A program made the translations under genes and the position numbers. From Phaeosaccion multiseriatum (lineage: Eukaryota; Protista; Ochrophyta, other classes), in assembly GCA_965112735.1 (NCBI GenBank), contig OZ218964.1:2675909-2739908 (forward strand): a stretch of 64,000 nucleotides of DNA, read 5' to 3'. The notes beneath the pieces were generated by a model. That model was given only the letters and a program-made list of their open reading frames with translations, made no database searches and had not been told where the DNA came from. Position 1 is the stretch's first letter. Each line of letters starts with the position of its first letter. Positions 1 through 21,176 of this stretch are shown in pieces.

Positions 1-11191
<11,191 letters not shown>

Positions 11192-11329
11192 GGAGGCAGT
11201 AGAATTGAACATTGAAGTGACGAGGCAGTAGAATTGAACATTGAAGTATCATGAACTGGGCAGGACAGAACAGGACGGCCTGTGGGTCCCGTCGTTCCAC
11301 AATTTGCGGATTATTTTATACTTTACTCC

Positions 11330-11702
11330 ATGTACAGTGCGTGTGCGTGATTTAAAGTATAAGGGTTGGTGGTTCAAATTCTGTGACCCTCTCCACACTC
11401 GATCAGCGGGCTATGACCCCACGAGGTATCATCTCGTCCCTTTTGGGATGGAGCAGCAAGGTGCATTTGGCCCGTCAGCACAGATGTTTATCAAAACACT
11501 CGCCACCCACATGGCTGGGGGGCACGAACATCTTGACACGAGGGCTTACGCGAGAGCTGTTTGCGTCATTCGGCGACGATTAGCCGTAGCGCTCCAGAGG
11601 GCCCGACACGAACGATCGGTTCGACACAGGATCCTGGCTGGTATCAACTTTGTTCCAATGGGGAGAACTGATGAGTCAGAGGGACACGACCTCGAGGGCT
11701 AA
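11330..11702 (+). mobile_element. 5'-truncated CRE-like (RLE-class) non-LTR retrotransposon fragment: C-terminus of the restriction-like endonuclease
   Basis: The translation KYK...LVPFGMEQQGAFGPSAQMFIKTLA...IRRRLAVALQRARH matches the remembered CRE/RLE pattern KY...FxPxxxExxGxxGxxA...LSxALQRxN. It is intronless, intergenic and followed by an AT-rich tract at about 11740-11753. The 5' boundary is approximate. Confidence 0.65.
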
Positions 11703-11782
11703 GTTCCCCGGGGCGGTGAGACATTACTTTTAGACAACCATAATATATATAAACGATCAGCGGGCGGCAGGCGCCTCCTGTA

Positions 11783-14700
11783 ATGATAGGTGGATTCAAG
11801 GGTGGGACAGGCGGCTCGAAGAGATTGGCTGTCGCGGTGACAGCTCTGGGCCTCCCGGTGCTGCTGCTGTTGCACCAGCATCGGAAAAAGAGAAAAAATA
11901 GCCTTGATGTAGATTGTGGGCCCATTTGCCTTGTGATCGACATAGGCAGCTCGAGCGTGAGGTGTAATGCCTACACCTTGGAAAAACACGAGGAGGAGGA
12001 GGAGGTGGAGAAGGTTGAGCGGTCCCTACGACCAGACGAAGCGGGCAAGGGCTCGGCAAATAAAGGGCCATCCAAAGTGGGAAGAGCCAGAAGGGGCGGA
12101 AGAGGATGGATCTGCAGCAGTAATCGCGAAGGAAGTACCGGAGGCCTCACTACCTGCGACACTCAGCTGAGATGGCTCCCGTGGGTCACTGTGCAGCGCA
12201 AGCACAAGGCGATCGACTTCAGCACGGGCCGGGCCGATGCAAAGCAAATATCTTCCCTCGTTGATCAAGTCTTGGAGGCGAGCTATAAGTGAGGACCTTG
12301 TTTGCGAATCACGCTTCCTCTATCTTTCCTGTACTCACTTACTCCCTCCCTCCCTTAGGACTCACTCACTCGCTCGCTCAATGGCTTTCACCGCTTGTCA
12401 TCTCTGTCCTGCGCCCCCCCCCCCCTCCCTATGCGCTTCACCTTCACTTGCCTACCAGGCTCCTCGAGCAAGCCGGGCATGCCGACAAGGTGTCCTCCAT
12501 TGGCTTCGCGTCCCTGGCCATGAGCTGGCTGGGGGTAGACGCCGAGGGACAGGCCGTCACTCCAGTGCTGACGTACGCAGGGAGTGCCGCAGCAGGGGCG
12601 TGCGAGGCTGCGGAGCGGCTAAAGGAACTCGTTGGCCCGAGGGTGGCGGGCGGCCTGCAGGGGCTCTATCAGCGGACAGGTAGGGAGGTATGGCAGGACA
12701 ACGTGGCGTGACCTACGAACCCTAACCCGGAGCGAAACTGAGTTTCTGTGTGTGTGGTGTCGGCAGGCGTGCCTCTTCACGCAGCCTACGCTGCCCCTCA
12801 GCTCTTGTGGCTCGCAAACACTCACCCGGAGGAGATGCGCGAGGTGCAGAGGTGGGTGATGTTGGCATCCATCACAGGGCGTCACAGCTGGCGGGCTGTA
12901 CTGCTTGAGGCAGGGGCTGATTCGTGCCGCCTTGGAGTAGCGTGGAGCAATCTCCTGTAATACATTTTCCTCCCCTTCCTTTCCTTTCCCTCCTCTCCCC
13001 TCCCCTCCCCTCCCCTCCCCTCCCCGCACTTCCGCGTTATGATCGCGCATGCCCATGCCTGTTCTCCGCGTCGCCCTCCCCTGTCCACTGCCATCCCCTC
13101 CCCCGTTCCCACAGATGGCAGACGCTGGCTGCCTTCATCCGCGCGCGCTGGTGCGGCGTCCTTCACTCCCCAGTGAGCGTCTCAGAGGCCTCTTGGACGG
13201 GGCTGCTCGACTTCAGGACGGTAAGATAGTTCCGTAAGTGAGGAGAGGGCAATCAACATCTGAACATTCCGATTGCTTGCGGTTGGGCAAGCTCGGTCGG
13301 GGCTTGCCTGGACCTTTGGTGACTCCTTGCACCATCCCCCAGAGAAGGGGGGGGGGTGCACCGCTGCAGTGATGTTTGTGTGTATGTGAGGGACTCAGAG
13401 TGGGCAGGTACCCTTCCAGTTGGGTGTTCTTCCGTCCGAATAGCACGCTCTGCCCCTCCCTCCCCGTCCACTGCCATCCCCTGCCAAGCAGATGCAGTGG
13501 GACAAGGGTCTCAGTGAGGCGCTCTCGGACTTGACGGAGGGAGTATTTAGGCCCGACACGCTGCCCAACCTGTGTGATGTTGGGCCACCCGCCCAACGCC
13601 CAAGTGCAAGCCGTACCCCCCCGCCCCATCTGCAGATGTACATGCAGGCCTCACCCCGCTGGCGACGACTGGAGGGGGTGTTGGTGGAGGGGGCCCTCGG
13701 GGACGGGGCAGCGGCGGCGCTCGGGTCGGCGGCGTTCGCACGACGTGAGTGATGTAGAGGCATATGGGTTCACGGGAGAGGAGGTTGAGGGCAGAGCAGC
13801 ATGTATTGTTGCAGTATGTGTATGTACGAAGGGGAGTAGAGGAGAGGAGAGGAGAGGGGAGGGGAACGGAGGCCGTCCTCGGAGGCAGGAGTGCATGACT
13901 GTGTGTTGGCCTAGTGTCTGCTAGAGCCGAAGCGGACATGCACAGGCCTTTGAGCAGCGGCGGCGACTTGCAGAAGTCAAAGAAGGACCCCCACAGCAGC
14001 AGCTCAGCAGCAGCTCAGCCGTTGCTCAGCTGCGCTGTGCGCTGCTCCAATCGCAAGCGTCGCTCTCCTCCTAATCGCCACTACACTCCATGGCCTATTG
14101 AATGCCGTGTGCGTGTGCTCTTTCGCAGAGGGCCGTGTTTCTGTAACTGTCGGTACGAGTGCGGCAGCGCGGACCATTCTGGATGCCGAACGGCACCCCA
14201 ACCGAGAAGGAGGCACCGCAAAGGATAGCGAGGCTGCATCTATGCATGCATCTATACCTCCATCGCATGCCCAGGGGGGGCAGGCAGCACCGGAGCGGGG
14301 GGTGATGGGGGCGGAGGACTCCGCAGCCGCCCACCGGGGAGAAGCACCACGGGATGGGCCTTGGACCATACCACAGGGGTTGTGGTGCTATCGCGTGGAC
14401 GGGAAGCGACTGCTCTTCGGAGGGTCTCTGACGGAGGGGGGCAGTATCGCCAGCTGGGTGCTCGATGTGCTGTGCGCCGGTCTCGAGGAACGATCCCCGC
14501 AAGAGGCAGGGAACGTTCTGCGGGAAGCGGAGGAGATGATGGCGGTGACGGGAGAGGGAGAGACCAGCTATGAGGCGAATGGTGAGGAGGGGAGGACCCA
14601 AGGACTTTCCGATGGCGGCGTCGCCGAAGGAGGACACGGCAGCAGCTACGCACGGCACTACGGCAAGGTGGTGATGCTGCCCTTCCCGGGGGGAGAGCGA

Positions 14701-15237
14701 TCCCCGGGGTGGAGGGGTGACGCCTCTGCCACGGTGGCGGGCCTCAGGCTTGACACGCGGCCTTGCGCACTGCTACTAGCTGGGGTGGAGGGGGTCTGCT
14801 ACCGCCTTGCCAGAGTGATGGAGCTCGTCCAAGAGGGGCTGACGAACCTTGGACCTGCCGAGGAGGAGGAGGAGGAGGAGGGGGGGGAGGGATGCGGTGT
14901 GGACGTAGTGCTTGGGTCAGGGGCGGCTCTCTGTGCTTCTTCCCTGTGGAGAAGGGTGCTGGCGGATGCCCTGGGGATGGAGGTGAGGGTGCGGCCCCAA
15001 GGGGGGAAGGGGGGAGGTCTTCTACCGTCGCCTCCATCGGATGAAGACACATCCCGGGGGGTGGCGCTGCTGCTCCTGCTGGGCGGGGTGGACGAGGAAG
15101 CGGCGAGGGGGGGCGACTTGGGGGGCAGGCGGGGCCCAACTCTCACTACACGCCCCACGCAGGAGGGGGCTGCGGCGTGCAGAAGGGCGCGGGAGAGGCA
15201 GGAGCAGCTCTACACCGCCGTCCGAGACTTGGGATAG
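11783..15237 (+). CDS. FGGY-family carbohydrate kinase (gluconokinase/xylulokinase-like) with an N-terminal hydrophobic anchor; 6 exons
   Basis: Exons: 11783-12288, 12459-12679, 12767-12851, 13115-13220, 13492-13744, 14129-15237. Motifs: LVIDIGSSSVR (phosphate-1), YQRTGVPLHAAYAAPQLLWL, SVSEASWTGLLD, GDGAAAALGS, VTVGTSAAAR, PFPGGERSPGW, GAALCASSLWRRVLADALG. Confidence 0.9.
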
Positions 15238-15390
15238 TCAGTCACTCACGGCCCTTATGCATGCCTGGCTTCACTGACTTACTGAAGGCAGGAGCAGCTC
15301 TACACCGCCGTCCGAGACTTGGGATAGTCAGTCACTCACGGCCCTTATGCATGCCTGGCTTCACTGACTTCACTGACTTACTGAAGGCAG
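15196..15390. repeat. 90-bp tandem duplication spanning the kinase stop codon
   Basis: aggcaggagcagctctacaccgccgtccgagacttgggatag...tcactgactt begins at 15196 and again at 15286. Confidence 0.95.
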
Positions 15391-16071
15391 GGGGGAGCTG
15401 ATCATCGAGGCGCGTGCCTCGGGATGGCTCCACACACGCACCATACGCACAGATGGCGTTCACAGATGGCGGTGTTCGTACCCCTCACGCAGCGCTCGAA
15501 TCGAATCATTGGGCAGCTTCGATCGAGTAGCAAACAGCAGTCTTCGATCGGACCTTCAATCCTCCCCAGCTGGGCCTTGTGAGCTGCTCTACTATGGAGT
15601 GTCGCGAGCCCTTATCATCCCCCCCTGGGCCTTGTCAGCTGCTGTGGAGTGTTATTCACTCGAACCTTTCACTTCGGCTTTGGAATCACAGCGACCCTTC
15701 TTCAACTCCTCCACAGCGAAGCAGTCGCTCCGCACCACCGCATCACCGCACCGGCTCTGGACAGATGTCAGAGAGTCCACGCACGCTCTGTCTGTGTCAC
15801 TTTGAACAGAACCGAAGAGCGATCCCTGCCTAGCGGTATTCGATAAAGAGCCGAGCGGGGCCGCTGCCAGGCAGGGCTGAGTCGTGCTGACTCGGACAGC
15901 GAGGGGAGTTTGACTGACAGGAGCGACTCCCCCTTCTCCTTCCCTTCCAGACCTTCCGCGGGGACTGCAGTGCCGCCGGAGAGATTTGAGTCAGTCCTTG
16001 CTGTGCTAGCCTGCCTACGTACGTGCTAAGCGCTCTGACAATTCTGAAAGCACACTTTTATCTTCCGACCT

Positions 16072-16464
16072 TTATGCAGTTACGTAATGGCGAATATGCA
16101 ACAAGGTAGAAGCATCGTAGACGTAGATCACAGGCACCAGTTGGATCTCATCTTCGGCGCCTTCCTTCTTGACGGTGGCAGTCAGTTCCACGTCGATTTC
16201 CGCAATATCCTTGCCTTGTTCCTCCGTCAATATGCACTTAGGCCCCTTTGTGATCTCAACTCGCCTGTGAATGTCCATATCCGCTTTCCAAAAGGGAAGT
16301 AATTTGTCTCTTCCTTCTCCCGTGAGAGCGCCATTGACGTAGATTTGAATGTGCTCATCCAAGTGGTCACTAACTCCCTTGATGTCCTCGGCATTGAAGG
16401 CGTCAATGTAGGCTTGAAAATCGGCTAGGATCTTGTCCTGTTGTGTCATGCCGGAAGTTGCCAT
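16072..16464 (-). CDS. Single-exon SnoaL/NTF2-like domain protein (130 aa)
   Basis: MATSGMTQQDKILADFQAYIDAFNAEDIKGVSDHLDEHIQIYVNG...GRDKLLPFW fits the NTF2-like pattern 'AYxxAFNxxD...GR'. Normal amino-acid composition, no introns. Confidence 0.75.
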   Translation of the reverse strand: MATSGMTQQDKILADFQAYIDAFNAEDIKGVSDHLDEHIQIYVNGALTGEGRDKLLPFWKADMDIHRRVEITKGPKCILTEEQGKDIAEIDVELTATVKKEGAEDEIQLVPVIYVYDASTLLHIRHYVTA

Positions 16465-16661
16465 CGAAGTCTGCGATCCTTCAGTTTTCAGTTTGCTTGG
16501 GTGACTTATTGGAGCGGGAAGGAGACGAGAGGAAGGAGGAGGGTGGAAGAACAGCGGAAAGACATGGATAAGCACGGGCAGCAGCTCCAGACCCGCGGAG
16601 GAGCGGGGGAGGGGCACAAGAAGAGCTCATACATCACAACCCTTCCATCTACCTCCCCGTC

Positions 16662-18465
16662 TCATTGAGAAGCTACAGGGCGGCGGAACCAAGAAAGAAG
16701 AGGTAAGGGTGGTGGTCGGTACACACCTGCCGTTTGCTGTTGGAGTGCCGTTGGACTACCTTGGACGATGGGCCGTCTCTGAAGCGTGCACAAGGCAGAG
16801 CAGGAGCAGCGCAAGACCATAACATACATGGGTACATGAGTAAGCACAGGCAGAAGAGGGAGGAGGAAGGGGGGGGGAGGAGAAGAGAACCTAGGTATCT
16901 TTCAGAATCATCCCCTGCCTGCTTTGATCCTGCTTTCCTCACCCATGAGGCAGAGCAGGAGCAGCGCAAGACCATAGCAGACATGGGTACATGAGTAAGC
17001 ACAGACAGAAAAGGGAGGAGGAAGGGGGGGGGAGGAGAAGAGAACTTAGGTATCTTTCAGAATCATTCTCTGCCTGCTTTCCTCACCCATGGACGTCTGC
17101 CCTCCCGCACCTTCCCCAGCCGAAAAGGATGTTCGAATCCGGATTGTCGTCAGTTGAGGTCTCGAAATCGATACAAAAATGTAAAGTAGAGAGAGGGTGT
17201 AAGTAGATGTAAAACAGAGAGAGAGGGTGTGCATGGAGAGAGACAGAGGGAACTCTCGCAGGGCCCACCCAGCCCTGTCGTAACTGGAAGGAAGTGGGCC
17301 TCTCGTGAAGTCTTTGTCGAGCGAATTGAATATGAATTTAGCCTCAGCTCGGTCGGCCTTCTCCTCTCCAAGGGCTTGGGTGTTTTGGTGCCGTACTGCT
17401 GTGCTCTGCACTACTTGAGGGAGGGACGCCGACTCACCGGCACCACAGCACGGCATGCTCCCAACGCCGGGGCAGACCCTAGGGGCCTCTCTCATGAGAA
17501 GGGGCCTCTTTTCCATCCGCTTTTCGCCCAATGAGAAAGGCAAGTCTTTCTCCGATCAACTCCATCGCCTCCACCTCTCTCTCCGACCCATTGGTCATTG
17601 ACCTCATCATATCATCCCGGTGACACGCCTGCACCGATGCGGACCCATCACCCGCTGCGCTCCTCCCCCCTCCTCCCCGCGCGGGACGGTCAGCCTGACG
17701 GTCAGCCTGAGGGTGCGTGCACGTGTCCCCTTGCGTCAAAAGCAGCGAGGTAGGATGAGCACCCGCAGCAGTTGATGGTACAGCACGAGACTCACAGTAC
17801 TCGCGTATGCCTCGATGCTGGACAAGCATCCACAGCCGTTGGCGGTACAGCACTCGAGGATGCCTTACTCGGGATCGCAACACAGGAACCGGCGCGACAA
17901 CTCTTCTCAGCAGCCCCTCTCTCTGGAGCGATATCAACCTCCCCCACTGAGACTCCAAGATCACCCTTTCTGGCCTTGACGCAAGCAGTGAGCCCCAACC
18001 CCTCTGCTGTCTACTGCCTCCCTCCACTCTTTGCTCTCTGCTGTGTCACACGCCGTGCGAGTGAGGTGAGGAGGTTCGCTTGTGCACTGACGGGCAACAT
18101 GCCTCCCATGGGTGTTACCGAATGGTGGCCACGCGACAAAGTAGCAAAGTAGAGGCCATTGCTCTTCGCATCCCCTCCCCCCCGTGAAATGCCGTCCACC
18201 AAGTAAAGAAGAGAGAGGCACCTTCCCCTCCCGTGCATTGCCATCCATTGCCATCCATTGCCATCCATTGCCATCCATTGCCATCCCCTGCCACCCCCCA
18301 CCAAGCAAGGAAGGATAGAGACGCTCTGCCGCTCTGCTCTGCTCTGTTCCGCCTTGGGGGCTCCGTCTGATGTAGCGCAGCCTCCGCCTGCCCCTCACCC
18401 TGGGTCCCACCGCTGATGGCCCACTGCCACACTTCAGACCACTTGAGCCCTTCAGCACGACTCAT
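16662..18465 (-). CDS. Possible spliced gene of unknown function (structure unresolved)
   Basis: Donor/acceptor-flanked segments on the minus strand include MSRAEGLKWSEVWQWAISGGTQG| and ...EEKADRAEAKFIFNSLDKDFTRGPLPSSYDRAG|PQLTTIRIRTSFSAGEG.... I could not build a complete consistent model and recognise no domain. Confidence 0.2.
16793..17091. repeat. ~150-bp imperfect tandem duplication
   Basis: aggcagagcaggagcagcgcaagaccata...ctttcctcacccatg at 16793-16947 and 16948-17091. Confidence 0.9.
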
Positions 18466-18686
18466 AGAAAGAGCGAAAGGTCCCTACTGTAGCCTCCGTA
18501 CGCCGCACACGCAGCGGGAGCCACCCTCCCTCCAAGAGCGGCGAGGATTGGACTGGTTGCCGCTCGTGTGGACTGGTTGCCCCTCGTGTGGACTGGTTGC
18601 CCCCTGTGAGGACTGGGTGACCCTCGTGGGTATCCCCTCTGAACTTGGGCACCGCTTCTTCTCCCCTCTGACAAAGGGAGCGATGC

Positions 18687-20030
18687 TCACAGCCGCGTGC
18701 CGAAGAAGGAGAAGGGCCCACCGCACCGCAGCGGAGCGGGCAGCGCATCCGTCTCATAAGCCTCCTGCACCTCCTTCCAAATGGCTTGAGAGGGGACAGC
18801 CAACATGCGACGGAGATGAGGGGGGGGGGGGGGGCTGAGCAAAGGGAGGAGAGGCGGAAGCAAAAGCGCGCACAAAGGACAATTGCTTATAAAGCGCATC
18901 CTTCACAGTAGAGTGGTGGGTGCGTGGGTTGGACAGAGGTGGGGAGGGTGAGTGGGGCGCATGTCCTCACCAGGAAAGGCCATGACGTCGGCGGGGTCCT
19001 GACGGATCCACTCCGCCGCGAGGGCCTCGTACACCTCGCAGAACACCTGCCCGCAAAGGATGGACGGATGGCAGAGGATCAGGGCCAAGAAATAGGTGAC
19101 CACGCAGGCCGTGGAGTAGGTGGCACACCCGTATCGAGAAGAGTGGGGGCTCCCGTCCATTCAGAGAATGGAAGGCCGCCGCAAAAGACGAGGGCAACGC
19201 GAATAAAAAAAATACATTACTACGACTTCGCCCGTCTCCTTCCCTCCCTCCCTCCCTCCCTCCCTCCCTCCTCACCTCGTGGACCGTCTCAACTCCTCTG
19301 CCCACGGCCCGACCAAGGTCCTCTCCTTGACTGATCTCGCCCCCCCGTGCCTGGAGCTGTCCCTGGCTGTCGTAGGAGCCCCCACCGCCCTCCACTGCCC
19401 CTCCTGGTCCTGAACCCGAGCCGGAGCCTGAGTCTGAGGTGGACACAAAGCACGGCTCCATGGCGTTGAAGAGCTTTGCATCCAGCTTGCCGTCTGTGAG
19501 CAGCTTCCACACAAAGAGCGTGACGTTGATGGCCGTGGCTGCGAAGGGGAAGTACCCCCTGGCGGCCTGAGAGCGCTTCAGCACCGCCCTCGCCCTGTGG
19601 CCGCCCCCCCACTCGGCGTAGTAGGACAGCTGGTGCAGAGACCAAGTGCCCATGCCGCGGAGGTCGGTAGCCGGGTTGGGCCCCTGGAAACCCACCTGAA
19701 GGGAGGAGAAGGTGACAAAGGTGATGGTGGGAGTCAGCGATGGACACAGGAGTAAGGGGCAGTTGGAGTCGATCAGCCTGCCAGAGGGTCAATCAATCCA
19801 GGGTGGCAGAGGCTCAACAGAGCCAAACCTGTGTGCTGAGCGGGAAGCCTCCTTCCCAGCACGGGCCAAGCCAAGACTGAGCCCTTCATGCAAAAGAAGG
19901 CATGTCCCCACTGATTGCCGGTCTCTCCCTCCCCCCTCGTCCTCCTCCTCCTGCGGCTGTAGCAATCGCATGCCGAGGAGCCGTTCCCTCTCACCCGGTA
20001 CGTCTAGCGTAGAGTAGAGACACACACATG

Positions 20031-20093
<63 letters not shown>

Positions 20094-20969
20094 ACACGTA
20101 CACGCACCTCTTCCCAGTCTGCACACACCAGCTTGCCGCCCCCACCCCTCTGCAGCCCGGGCTTGAGCCCCCTCCACAGGGCGTCCAACAGCCCCACATG
20201 GGCCGAGGAGGCCGCGTCAAAGGCCGTCAGGCGGTGCAGCTCCACCACACGCAGGACTCCTGAAGAGAGAGAGAGCGATTCAGGGGGATGCTGCATTAAC
20301 AAAAATGCACAGGGGAAGGGGGATGGGGAACGTGGTGCAAGTGGAAGACACACGCAACATAGGAAGGATGCCACCGAGGCTCTCAATGCCTGCATCTCTT
20401 CTTCTGGCCATCACAATAGTTCACGGACCTCCTTTGGCTGCCATCGTAGCCACGCCAGTCAAGAGGCGGTTCAGTTGCAACGCCGTGGGTCGAGAAAGCT
20501 TCCTCTCTGCGATGCAGGCCGCGGTGCGGCGATATCCGGACACGCCTGACTCTGAGTCTGCTAACTCCGCTGCTGCTGCAATTGCTACAGCTCCGCCTTG
20601 TCCTCCTTGACCCCCTCCTTCCGCTGCTGCTGCTGCTGCTGCCGCCGCGTCTGAGCCAATAGCAGCTGCTGCACCTGAAGCCAGCACCTGACAGCTTTCA
20701 GGCAGACGCTTGGACTGCGCCAGGCTGCGGGCCAAGTACATTGTGAGCGGTGCCTTTGCTGCTGATCCCTTCATGAGATCAGCCTGCGCCGACGAGGAAG
20801 GCTGCTGAAGAAGAGGCGTGCTGGCATCTGCATCCCCTCCTTGCAGACTGTGGCTCTGGACCAGCCTTTCGCAGGCACAGAGGATACGCTGAACCTCAGA
20901 CTGCCCCGACCACAAGTGGAAGATCCACTTGAGCGCCCCCCGCAGCAGCCTGGACAGGAGGATAAGCAT
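18687..20969 (-). CDS. ELMOD: ELMO/CED-12 domain protein (ELMOD-type Arf/Arl GAP); 5 exons
   Basis: Exons: 20969-20429 (alternative ATG at 21026), 20259-20108, 19695-19276, 19046-18971, 18784-18687. The N-terminus is ELMOD-like (ALKWIFHLWSGQSEVQRIL). It carries the signature WEEVGFQGPNPATDLRGMG, plus YFPFAATAINVT and WIRQDPADVMAFPAI. Confidence 0.9.
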
Positions 20970-21176
20970 GGGGAAGCAAGAAAGTGAAGCAGGAGGGTTC
21001 TGGGAAGGAGCAGTTGTTTTTGCCATCTGTGAGGCGAGGAGAGGAAGTTGAAGTGCTGAAGCGACAACTTGTTGAGAGGGCCTTGTCCCCTTCAAGCATG
21101 CAAACGTATTTACACAAATATATTACAAATTCAGCCAAGTTTAGCTGTGTGTGTGCATTCCCCAAGGTACTCGGTC

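Noticed and set aside
15400-16050. Short ORFs between the kinase and SnoaL-like genes (similarly 38500-39050)
   Set aside because: I found no recognisable motifs or consistent splice structure.
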